A DNA stretch of 52,772 nt from contig CAXTBU010000012.1 of assembly GCA_964242885.1 (NCBI GenBank), positions 1-52,772 of the forward strand, written 5' to 3'. The DNA is from an uncultured Actinomycetales bacterium (GTDB lineage Bacteria; Actinomycetota; Actinomycetes; CAXTBU01). Below the pieces are notes generated by a model that did no database searches, was not told where the DNA came from, and worked only from the letters and a program-made list of their open reading frames with translations. The position numbers were made by a program, and so were the translations under genes. Of this stretch, positions 43,626 through 52,084 are shown piece by piece; positions within the stretch are counted from its first letter, which is position 1; each line of letters starts with the position of its first letter.

Positions 43626-44836
43626 GGGATCGCCGCGGACACGGTGAACGACGCGTCGGGGCCGGGGCCGACCCAGAGCCGGCCGGAGACGGCCTCGACG
43701 CGCTCCCGCATCCCGATCAGGCCGTGACCAGTGCCGTCAGCGGCCCCACCTGCTGCGCCGATGGGGTTGCGCACCGTGATGCGCAGCTCCTCTGGACGGT
43801 GGTCGAGAGTCAACCGGGCGGTGCCCGTGCCGTACTTCAGGGCGTTGGTGAGGGCCTCTTGGACGACCCGGTACGCCGTGAGGTCGCTGATCGGCGGCAG
43901 GTCGTCCACCTGTCCCGCGACGGTGGTGGTCAGGTCCAGGCCGGCGCGCCGCACCGATTCGACCAGGGCAGCGAGGCGGTCCATCCCGGGTGCGGGCTCC
44001 CGCGGGGCGTCTCCCTCGTCCGGCGACCGGAGCAACCCCACGACGGCCGACAGTTCGGTCAGGACCGTCTTGCTGGCGTCCCGCACCAGTCCGAGTGCCG
44101 CCCGGGCCTGGTCCGGGTCGGTCTCCAGCAGGTGACGAGCGACGCCGGCCTGCACGTTGACCACCGAGATGTGGTGTGCCACGACGTCGTGCAGGTCGCG
44201 GGCGATCCGCAGCCGCTCGTCGGTCACCCGGCGCTCGGCCTCCTCCTCACGCGTCTGCTCGGCTTGCAGTGCTCGCTCCTCGGCCGCGTCGAGGGCTCTG
44301 CGGTGACTCCTGACGGACACCCCGATCGCTGCGGCGGCGCCGCCCCAGGCCAGCAGCTGCAGGCCCGCGATGTCCCCGTCGTCGTCCAGCCAGGCGTTCC
44401 CGGCCGCGGCGACCGCCACGGTGTACGCCACACCGGAGGCCAGTGTCGCCAGCACCGTGGCCGACAGGCTGGCCCGCCGGCCGACGGCGTACAGGCCGAT
44501 GGTCGTCGCCAGGCCCAGTGCGGGGCCCTCCGCGCTGAGCAGGACAGCGAGCAGTCCGGCAACGGTCGCACCCGCCCAGGCGAGGACGGGCCGTTCCCGG
44601 CGGACCACCAGAGCCGCAGCGCTGGCGACGATCAACCCCAGCACGACCGCCGGCGCCGCGAGCCGGTCCTCTCTGCGGACGAGCAGCGCCGCGGTCGAGA
44701 AGGCGACGGTGACGGCCACCAGCCCCCCGTCGACCAGGCGGGGATGGAGCAGCGACCACCGCTGGGTGGCGGACAGTGCTCCGGTGACGCGACCAGCTGG
44801 GAGGTCGGGGTACCCGGCGACGTGGACGTGTCCCAT
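43556..44836 (-). CDS. Sensor histidine kinase, HisKA_3 type (pair 2)
   Basis: ATG 44836 follows GGGAGGGAGGGG. IARDLHDVVAHHISV (H-box), QEALTNALKYG, GHGLIGMRERV. Confidence 0.85.
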   Translation of the reverse strand: MGHVHVAGYPDLPAGRVTGALSATQRWSLLHPRLVDGGLVAVTVAFSTAALLVRREDRLAAPAVVLGLIVASAAALVVRRERPVLAWAGATVAGLLAVLLSAEGPALGLATTIGLYAVGRRASLSATVLATLASGVAYTVAVAAAGNAWLDDDGDIAGLQLLAWGGAAAAIGVSVRSHRRALDAAEERALQAEQTREEEAERRVTDERLRIARDLHDVVAHHISVVNVQAGVARHLLETDPDQARAALGLVRDASKTVLTELSAVVGLLRSPDEGDAPREPAPGMDRLAALVESVRRAGLDLTTTVAGQVDDLPPISDLTAYRVVQEALTNALKYGTGTARLTLDHRPEELRITVRNPIGAAGGAADGTGHGLIGMRERVEAVSGRLWVGPGPDASFTVSAAIPRAGERAGHERAGHQRAGMSGPA

Positions 44837-44929
44837 GTCGTACCCCTCCCTCCCCTGCGGGCTCCGGTGTGGTGGAGCAACACTCCCCTGGATGGCCGCC
44901 GGCTGTCGTCGTTCCAGCGGAGGCGCTGA

Positions 44930-45841
44930 TCAGACCGGGCGCCGCTTGAGCGCGACGGCCGCGGCCAGGACCGGCACCACGACCCACCCGGCGAACACGA
45001 GCGCTCCCGCTGCACTGCTGAGCAGGTCGGGTCCGGCGGCCACGCTGGTGAAGGCGGTCCCGGCGTTGGAGGGCAGGTAGAGCAGCACCGTGTCCTGCAC
45101 GCTCGCCGGGAGCAGGAAACCGGCCAGCCCGGGCACGAGGAACACCAGCGCGAACAGGACCGAGACGGCGACCGCGGTGCTCCGCAGCAGCGTGCCGAGG
45201 GCCAGGCCGATCACGGCGACGCCGGTGAGGTAGAAGCCGCTGCCGACGACGGCGCGCAGGACGCCGGGGTCCCCCAGCGATGCCGTCGGGGAGTCCCCGG
45301 CGCCGAGCAACGCCTGCCCGACCAGGAAGGTGGCCAGTGACGCGACCACCATGACCGGGAGGGTGACCGCGACCAGGACGGTGACCTTCGCCCACAGCAC
45401 GGGCAGCCGCCTGGGCACGAACGTCATGGTGGCGCGGATCGTCCCCGTCGCGTACTCGCTTGTCATGCTCATGATGCCGAGGACACCGATGATCAGCGGG
45501 ACGAAGATCATGCCGGAGAGCGCGATGCTCGTGGGGTCGTCGCCCTCGTCCGGCGACGCGGCAGTGAGGCCACCGAAGACCGCAGCCGCGATGGCGCCCA
45601 GCGCCAGCAGGGTGGCGGCAGCGCCCAGCAGCGTCGCCCGGCTGCTGCGGACCGACCGGAACTTCACCCACTCCGAGCGCAGGACGCCCGGAGCCGTCAC
45701 CCGGTAGGCGTCGGTCCGCCGGTGTGTGGGCACCGGGACCGGGTCGCGGACCCCGTCGTCGGTCGGGAGCTGGTCGTCGGTCGGGAGCTGGTCGTCGGTC
45801 GGGAGCTGGGCCTGGGGCTGGGTGAGGGTCGTGGTCATCAC
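44930..45841 (-). CDS. ABC-2 type transporter permease
   Basis: Six hydrophobic segments follow ...LRSEWVKFRSVRS. Start is GTG 45841 (GTGA overlap with the ATPase stop) or ATG 45838. Confidence 0.8.
   Translation of the reverse strand: MMTTTLTQPQAQLPTDDQLPTDDQLPTDDGVRDPVPVPTHRRTDAYRVTAPGVLRSEWVKFRSVRSSRATLLGAAATLLALGAIAAAVFGGLTAASPDEGDDPTSIALSGMIFVPLIIGVLGIMSMTSEYATGTIRATMTFVPRRLPVLWAKVTVLVAVTLPVMVVASLATFLVGQALLGAGDSPTASLGDPGVLRAVVGSGFYLTGVAVIGLALGTLLRSTAVAVSVLFALVFLVPGLAGFLLPASVQDTVLLYLPSNAGTAFTSVAAGPDLLSSAAGALVFAGWVVVPVLAAAVALKRRPV
45755..45808 (-). repeat. Perfect 3 x 18-nt tandem repeat encoding (QLPTDD)3 in the permease N-terminus
   Basis: Plus-strand unit GTCGTCGGTCGGGAGCTG at 45755, 45773 and 45791. 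Confidence 0.9.
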
Positions 45842-46785
45842 GCTGCCGTCCTCTCGGGAGTGGGGGTGGTGGAGCCGGCGATGGGGGAGACGCCGTGGTA
45901 CTCGACCGAGTCGGCGGTGAGCTCCATGTACGCCTCCTCAAGGGAGGCCTGCTGCAGGGTCAGCTCGTGCAGGGCCAGTGCCGCTGCGGCCGCCCGGTCC
46001 CCGATCTCCGCGAGACCGAGGCCGGTGACGTCCAAGGTCCCGGAGCCGCTGCTGGTGACGGTGACGTCGGGCCCGGCCAGCGCCGCCGCCAGCTCGGCGG
46101 CCCGCGGGCTGCGGACCCGGACGCTGGTGGTGGACCGGGCCACGAGGTCGGCCACCGAGATGTCGGCGATCAGGCGGCCGCGGCCGACGACGATGAGGTG
46201 TTCGGCGGTCAGGGCCATCTCGCTCATCAGATGCGAGGAGACGAAGACCGTCCGGCCCTCGGCGGCCAGACCCCGCAGCAGCCCGCGGATCCACCGGATG
46301 CCCTCGGGGTCCAGTCCGTTGACCGGCTCGTCGAGCATCACCGTCTCCGGGTCCCCGAGCAGGGCGGCGGCGATGCCGAGCCGCTGACCCATGCCGAGGG
46401 AGAAGCCGCCCGAGCGGCTGCCGGCGACCTCGGTCAGGCCGACCAGCTCCAGGACCTCGTCGACGCGATCGGTCGGGATCCGGTGCGTGGCCGCGAGGGC
46501 GAGAAGGTGGTCGCGGGCGGACCGGCCGGGGTGCCTGGCTCCGGCATCGAGCAGGACGCCGATCTCCTGGGCGGGCGCCGGTTCGTCGACGTAGGAGCGG
46601 CCGTTGATCGCCGAGGTGCCCCCGTCGGGGGACTCCAGGCCGACCAGCATGCGCATCGTCGTGGACTTCCCGGCGCCGTTCGGGCCGAGGAAGCCGGTGA
46701 CGACTCCGGGCCGGACCGTGAAGGTCAGGTCGTCGACGACGGTCTTGGGCCCGTACCGCTTGGTCAGGCTGTGCAGCTCGATCAT
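45838..46785 (-). CDS. ABC transporter ATP-binding protein
   Basis: ATG 46785 follows GGAGGG. MIELHSLTKRYGPKTVVDDLTFTVRPGVVTGFLGPNGAGKSTTMR...FSLGMGQRLGIAAALLGDPETVMLDEPVNGLDP. Confidence 0.9.
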   Translation of the reverse strand: MIELHSLTKRYGPKTVVDDLTFTVRPGVVTGFLGPNGAGKSTTMRMLVGLESPDGGTSAINGRSYVDEPAPAQEIGVLLDAGARHPGRSARDHLLALAATHRIPTDRVDEVLELVGLTEVAGSRSGGFSLGMGQRLGIAAALLGDPETVMLDEPVNGLDPEGIRWIRGLLRGLAAEGRTVFVSSHLMSEMALTAEHLIVVGRGRLIADISVADLVARSTTSVRVRSPRAAELAAALAGPDVTVTSSGSGTLDVTGLGLAEIGDRAAAAALALHELTLQQASLEEAYMELTADSVEYHGVSPIAGSTTPTPERTAA

Positions 46786-46875
46786 GGTTGCCCTCCAGAC
46801 CCAACCGGTGTGTCCGACTGGTGAGGCCAACCCTGGTCACTGCGGGGCCCGGCGGCATCGTCCCGGCGCAGGCTT

Positions 46876-46903
46876 CCGACCTACTGCACGCGCAGCAGGT
46901 CGG
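46876..46903 (-). terminator. Hairpin CCGACCT-a-CTGC-acgc-GCAG-c-AGGTCGG downstream of the gene ending at 47076
   Basis: Read directly. It lies ~170 nt after the stop and has no U-tract. Confidence 0.3.
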
Positions 46904-47075
46904 GGTCTGTGGGACGAGGACGACGGATGTGCCCGCCGGGGGCGTGGAGGTGGGGCCCGACCCGGGCCCCGATCCGGGGCCGCCCTCCGCAGGCGGTCTG
47001 CTGCTGACGGCCGCCGACCTCGTCGACCGGGGTGGCTACCCCGTCACAGCCGGCCGGCCGGCGCAGGTGGGTCGG

Positions 47076-47981
47076 TCAGAAGTCCCCGCCGCCGAAGTCC
47101 CCGCCGCCGAAGTCGCCGCCGCCGCCCCAGTCGCCGCCGCCGCCGAAGTCCCCGCCGCCGTCCCCGCCGAAGTCGCCGCCGTCCCCACCGTCGCCGCCCC
47201 CGTCCCCGGAGTCGCCGCCGTCGCCACCGTCGCCGCCGTCCTGGCCGTCGTTGTACCCGTCCTGGTACCCGCCGCCGTACCCCATCCCGCCCCAGCCGCC
47301 CATCGCCGACGACATCAGGCCGGTGGTCAGGGCGCCGATCAGGACGCCGGACATCAGGCCGGACCCGGCGAACCCGCCGAAGTAGCCGGAGTTGTACCCG
47401 GCGTAGGCCGGTCCGCCGTTGTAGTACGGAACCCGCCGGTTGCCCCGGAAGACCTGGCGCACGTCCGGCTCCGCGCCGGCCTCGACGCGCTCGGCGTCGG
47501 CCATGCAGACCGGCACGTCGCGCGCCTCGCCGCCGGGCGGGGCCCACTGGACGTCCTTGGCGCTCGGGCCGTGCTGGGGGTTGAAGAAGCACGGCGGGCG
47601 CCGCTGCGGCAGCGGATCGCCGGCGACCCGGGCCTGGACGCAGGCGATCGCGTACCGGCCGTCCTCCAGGGCCGTCGTGACGCCCTTGATGTCCTCGGGC
47701 CGCTCGGCCCGGTCCAGGGCGAGCTTGGCCGAGTCGTAGGCGTCCAGCGCCCGCTTGTAGTCCTGGCGGCCGCCCTGGTCCAGCTTGACCCCGGTGGTGT
47801 CCGTGTCGAGCTCGGCGACCTCCTCGCCGAGGCGGGTGACGTCCTCCTCGGCGGTGCGCTTCAGGTCCGCCAGCTCGTTGGCCTCGCGGCTCTCCAGGGC
47901 CTTGGCCTCGGACCGCCTGCTCACCGCCTTGAAGACCGCGTACCCGGCGAAGGCCAGGACGATCAGCAGGATCAGTTCCAC
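47076..47981 (-). CDS. Membrane-anchored coiled-coil protein with Gly/Asp-rich repetitive C-terminal tail
   Basis: GTG 47981 follows GGAG. VELILLIVLAFAGYAVFKAV (TM)...PPCFFNPQHGPS...tail GDGGDGGDSGDGGGDGGDGGDFGGDGGGDFGGGGDWGGGGDFGGGDFGGGDF. Confidence 0.75.
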   Translation of the reverse strand: MELILLIVLAFAGYAVFKAVSRRSEAKALESREANELADLKRTAEEDVTRLGEEVAELDTDTTGVKLDQGGRQDYKRALDAYDSAKLALDRAERPEDIKGVTTALEDGRYAIACVQARVAGDPLPQRRPPCFFNPQHGPSAKDVQWAPPGGEARDVPVCMADAERVEAGAEPDVRQVFRGNRRVPYYNGGPAYAGYNSGYFGGFAGSGLMSGVLIGALTTGLMSSAMGGWGGMGYGGGYQDGYNDGQDGGDGGDGGDSGDGGGDGGDGGDFGGDGGGDFGGGGDWGGGGDFGGGDFGGGDF

Positions 47982-48065
47982 GACAGACTCCGGTCGACTG
48001 GTCCGACGGCCGGTCGTCCCGGCCTGGTGGGGGAACGCGTCGCGGTCCGCGGTCGTTCCGTCTCG

Positions 48066-48153
48066 CTGGTCCGTGCACTGGTCCGTGCACTGGTCACTGC
48101 GGTGGTCACTGCGCTGGTCAATGAACTGGTCACTGCGCTGGTCAGTCCACTGG
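48066..48153. repeat. ~7 tandem 12-nt units (CTGGTCCGTGCA x2, CTGGTCACTGCG, GTGGTCACTGCG, CTGGTCAATGAA, CTGGTCACTGCG, CTGGTCAGTCCA)
   Basis: Read directly, in the 181-nt gap between the accA stop (48163) and the start of the downstream gene (47981). Confidence 0.85.
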
Positions 48154-48162
48154 GCCGCGCGG

Positions 48163-50028
48163 TCACGCCTCGATCGTCAGCAGCACGGCACCGCTGGCGA
48201 CGGTCGCTCCCGCCTCGGCGGCCAGGGAACGGACAGTACCGGCCCGGTGCGCGGTGATGGGCTGCTCCATCTTCATCGCCTCCAGCACCAGCAGCGGGTC
48301 CCCGACCTCGACCTCGTCACCGTCGGCGACCTGCACCTTGACCACGGTGCCCTGCATCGGGGCGACGACGGCGTCCCCGGTCGCCAGTGCCGCGCCGGCA
48401 CTGCGGCCGCGGCCCCGGCCGTGCCCGCGGCGCCGGGCCGCTGCCGGGTCCGACAGCTGGGGCTCCGCGCCGGCGCCGGCCGGACCGTGCCCGCCCCGGC
48501 CGTCGACGGCGCCGCCCAGCCAGCCGGGCAGGACGACCTCCAGCCGCTTGCCGCCGACCTCCACCACGACCCGCTGGCGGGCGGTTCCGCCGGCGGCGGC
48601 CTCCGCCTCGGCGGACCAGACCGGGATCCGGTTGTCGAAGCCGGTCTCGATCCACCGCGTGTGCACGGTGAACGCGCCGTCCCCGTCGGCGGTCGGGTCA
48701 CCGGTGAACGCCGGGTCCGCGACGACGGCCCGGTGGAACGGCAGCACGGTCGGCATGCCGGCGATCTCGAACTCCGCCAGCGCGCGCCGGGCCCGGGCCA
48801 GTGCCTTCGGCCGGTCCGCTGCGGTGACGATCAGCTTGCCGAGCAGCGAGTCGTACCCGCCGGGAACGGTCTGGCCGCGCACGTAGCCGGAGTCGACGCG
48901 GATGCCCGGCCCGGCGGGCGGGCTCCAGGCGGTCAGCCGGCCCGGCGCCGGCAGGAAGTCACGGCCGGGGTCCTCGGCGTTGATCCGGAACTCGATGCTG
49001 TGACCGCGCGGCACCGGGTCGTCGTAGCCCAGCGGCTCGCCGGCGGCGATACGGAACTGCTCGGCGACCAGGTCGATGCCGGTGACCTCCTCGGTGACCG
49101 GGTGCTCGACCTGCAGGCGGGTGTTGACCTCCAGGAAGGAGACGGTGCCGTCCCGGCCGACCAGGAACTCGCAGGTCCCGGCGCCGGCGTACCCGGCCTT
49201 GCGCAGGATCGCCTTGCTCGAGGTCACCAGCGCCTCGGCCTGGGCGTCGGTGAGGAACGGCGCCGGCGCCTCCTCGACGAGCTTCTGGTGGCGGCGCTGC
49301 AGGCTGCAGTCGCGGGTCGAGACGACCACCACCGCGCCGTGGTCGTCGGCCAGGCACTGGGTCTCCACGTGCCGCGGTCGGTCCAGGTAGCGCTCGACGT
49401 AGACCTCGCCGCGGCCGAAGGCGCCGACCGCCTCGCGGACCGCGGAGTCGAACATCGCCGGGATCTCCTCGCGGGTGCGGGCCACCTTCAGACCGCGGCC
49501 GCCGCCGCCGTGGGCGGCCTTGATCGCCAGCGGAAGGCCGAACTCGTCGGCGAAGCGCACCACCGCGTCCGCGTCCGGGACGGGCCCGTCGCTGCCGACG
49601 GCCAGCGGCGCCCCGACCGCGGTCGCGATCTCCCGGGCGCGCACCTTGTCGCCGAGTGCCTCGATCGCCGCCGCCGGCGGGCCGATCCAGGTCAGCCCCG
49701 CCGCGATCACGGCACGCGCGAAGCCGGCGTTCTCGGCCAGGAACCCGTACCCGGGGTGCACCGCGTCCGCGCCGGCGCGGGCGGCGACGTCCAGCAGTGC
49801 CGGGATCGACAGGTAGGTGGCGGCCACGCCGCCCTCGGGCAGGGCGTAGGCCTCGTCGGCGAGCCGGACGTGCAGGGCGTCGGCGTCGTCGGCGGCGTAC
49901 ACGGCGATGCTGCGGATGCCGGCGTCCCGGGCGCCGCGGACGATGCGGACGGCGATCTCCCCGCGGTTCGCGACCAGCACCGCGGTCACCGGCCGGAGCG
50001 TCGCGCTGTCGGACGGCTGGTCCGGCAC
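48163..50028 (-). CDS. accA: Acetyl/propionyl-CoA carboxylase alpha subunit (biotin carboxylase + BCCP domains)
   Basis: GTG 50028 follows [26 protein letters not shown]...[10 protein letters not shown]...C-terminal EAMKMEQPI biotinylation motif. Confidence 0.9.
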   Translation of the reverse strand: MPDQPSDSATLRPVTAVLVANRGEIAVRIVRGARDAGIRSIAVYAADDADALHVRLADEAYALPEGGVAATYLSIPALLDVAARAGADAVHPGYGFLAENAGFARAVIAAGLTWIGPPAAAIEALGDKVRAREIATAVGAPLAVGSDGPVPDADAVVRFADEFGLPLAIKAAHGGGGRGLKVARTREEIPAMFDSAVREAVGAFGRGEVYVERYLDRPRHVETQCLADDHGAVVVVSTRDCSLQRRHQKLVEEAPAPFLTDAQAEALVTSSKAILRKAGYAGAGTCEFLVGRDGTVSFLEVNTRLQVEHPVTEEVTGIDLVAEQFRIAAGEPLGYDDPVPRGHSIEFRINAEDPGRDFLPAPGRLTAWSPPAGPGIRVDSGYVRGQTVPGGYDSLLGKLIVTAADRPKALARARRALAEFEIAGMPTVLPFHRAVVADPAFTGDPTADGDGAFTVHTRWIETGFDNRIPVWSAEAEAAAGGTARQRVVVEVGGKRLEVVLPGWLGGAVDGRGGHGPAGAGAEPQLSDPAAARRRGHGRGRGRSAGAALATGDAVVAPMQGTVVKVQVADGDEVEVGDPLLVLEAMKMEQPITAHRAGTVRSLAAEAGATVASGAVLLTIEA

Positions 50029-50153
50029 GCTTCCTCCTCCCGCTGCGCCCGGCGGGCACGCCCCGGGAGTCTAGGTGGGCTCCACGGACCGGACGGCCGG
50101 GCGGTCGACCCGGTGACGGAACGGAGCCGACTCCAGTGGCTAGGGTCAGGCGC

Positions 50154-51152
50154 GTGCCGTCCACCCCCGTCGCCGTCGTGGTGCTCAACTACCGCGCGGC
50201 GCAGGAGACGGCGGACTGCGTGCTGGCCGTGGCCGCCGGGAAGCGGCTGGACCTGCGGGTGCTCGTCGTGGACAACGCCGCGCCCGGGCCCGAGCACGAC
50301 GAGCTGCTGGCCGTGCTGGCCGCGGCCGGCCTGGACGTCGGGACGGGTCCCGACGCAGGGGTGCGGGTGGTCGCCAGCGGCGGGAACCTCGGCTACGCAG
50401 CCGGCAACAACCTGGGCCTGCGCGTCGCGGCGGACTGGTCCCCGGAGTTCTGCTGGCTGCTGAACCCGGACATCCGGGTCGCCCCGGACACCCTGGACCA
50501 GCTGCTCGCCGCGATGCGCGCCGCACCGGACGCCGCCGCGGTGGGCGCCCGGGTGGTGCTGGACGGCAGCGACCCGCTGCTGATCTGGTCCGACGGCGGG
50601 TCGGTGGACCCGGCGACCGGCCAGACGCGGAACCTGTCGATGGGACGCCGCGAGGACCAGGTCGGGCCCGGGGGGCTGCGCGAGGTCGACTACGTCTACG
50701 GGGGCTGCCTGCTCGTCCGGTCCAGCGCCGCGTCGACCGTCGGCCCGATCCCGGAGGACTACTTCCTGTACTTCGAGGAGACCGACTGGTGCCTGCGGCT
50801 GGCGGCGGCGGGCTGGCGACTGCTCACCGACACCCGCGCCCGGGTGCTGACGCTGGCCCGGCCGGGCGGCGGGCTGATCGCGCCGCACTACCTCTACTAC
50901 ATGGCGCGCAACCGGCTGGTGTTCGCCAACCGGCACGGCTACGACGAGCGGGGCGGGCTGAGCGGCTTCCGGCGGACCTTCCTGCGTCCGTGGCGGGAGC
51001 GGGTCGCGGCCGCCGACCCGAGCTGGCTGCCGACGTTCGACGACCTGGTCAGCCGCGCCGCCCACGACGCCGCCGCGGGCCGCACCGGGCGCGCGCCGTG
51101 GGTCGAGTCCGTTCCCGGACCGGTCGCGCCGCCCGCCCAGGTGGCCGCGTGA
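50154..51152 (+). CDS. Glycosyltransferase family 2
   Basis: GTG 50154. VAVVVLNYRAAQETADCV...LVVDNAAPG...GGNLGYAAGNNLG...YFEETDWCLR. Confidence 0.85.
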   Translation: MPSTPVAVVVLNYRAAQETADCVLAVAAGKRLDLRVLVVDNAAPGPEHDELLAVLAAAGLDVGTGPDAGVRVVASGGNLGYAAGNNLGLRVAADWSPEFCWLLNPDIRVAPDTLDQLLAAMRAAPDAAAVGARVVLDGSDPLLIWSDGGSVDPATGQTRNLSMGRREDQVGPGGLREVDYVYGGCLLVRSSAASTVGPIPEDYFLYFEETDWCLRLAAAGWRLLTDTRARVLTLARPGGGLIAPHYLYYMARNRLVFANRHGYDERGGLSGFRRTFLRPWRERVAAADPSWLPTFDDLVSRAAHDAAAGRTGRAPWVESVPGPVAPPAQVAA

Positions 51153-52084
51153 GCGCGACCGGATCGGCCGGGGACGAGCGGCCCGAGCCCGGCCACGAGG
51201 TCGCCGGCCTGCTCGACACGGTCGGGCGCACGGACGGTCGCCGGCTGGTGGTCACCGACGCGGACGGCGACGGCCGGCTGGCCGAGGCGGCCGGCGGCGC
51301 GTTCGCCACCGTCGTCCTGGCCGGTGCGCTCGGTGCATCGACGGCGCCGGCGGCCCTGCTGCGACGGCTCCGCGAGGAGTCCGTCGTCGCGCCGGACGGC
51401 GTGCTCGTGGTCGACGCGCCGGACCCGACGTCGCTGGTGGCGCTCGCCCGGGTGCTCGACGGCTCGGCGGGACGGCCGGGGCCGGGTGGGGCCCCCGGCG
51501 CGGGCGGGTGGAGCCTGCCCGGCCTCACCGCGCTGCTGGAGTCCGCCGGCTGGTTCGTGGCCGAGGTGCACCGCGTTGCCTCGCCCCCCGACCAGCCGGC
51601 GACGCCGGCCCTCGCCGCGGCGGCCCGGGCGCTCGCCGACGCCGCTCCCGGCACGGACCGATCCACCGCGCACCACGTGGTGGTGGCGCGTCCCGCGGCC
51701 GAGCCGAACCGCCAGGCGGAGCTGGTGTCCCGCGCGGCCGCCGCGGACCGGCGCGCCGACGGACTCCGACAGCAGGTGGTGCTGCTCGAGCGCCGGCTGG
51801 CCGACACGGCCGCGATGCTCGCCGAGGAACGGGCGCGGCACGCCCAACTGGTCGGGGCGGGCAACGCGGAACTGGCCGAGCTGCGCCGGGCCCGCGCCGC
51901 GGTCGACGCCGACCTGGCCGAGCGGTCCCGCCGGGCGGCCAAGGCCGAGGCGGACCTGCGCGCGCTGCAGAGCGGTCCCGCGCTGGCCGCCGGCACCGCG
52001 GTCCTGCGGGTGGTCGGCCCGGTCCGGCGCACCCGCCGGGTGGTGGGTCGGGCGGTGCGCCCGCTGCTGCGGCGGCTCCGGTGA
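51149..52084 (+). CDS. Hypothetical protein (methyltransferase-like N-terminal half, coiled-coil C-terminal half)
   Basis: GTG 51149 overlaps the GT2 stop (GTGA). The C-terminal part is heptad-like: ...LRQQVVLLERRLADTAAMLAEERARHAQL...AKAEADLRALQ. Confidence 0.6.
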   Translation: MSATGSAGDERPEPGHEVAGLLDTVGRTDGRRLVVTDADGDGRLAEAAGGAFATVVLAGALGASTAPAALLRRLREESVVAPDGVLVVDAPDPTSLVALARVLDGSAGRPGPGGAPGAGGWSLPGLTALLESAGWFVAEVHRVASPPDQPATPALAAAARALADAAPGTDRSTAHHVVVARPAAEPNRQAELVSRAAAADRRADGLRQQVVLLERRLADTAAMLAEERARHAQLVGAGNAELAELRRARAAVDADLAERSRRAAKAEADLRALQSGPALAAGTAVLRVVGPVRRTRRVVGRAVRPLLRRLR

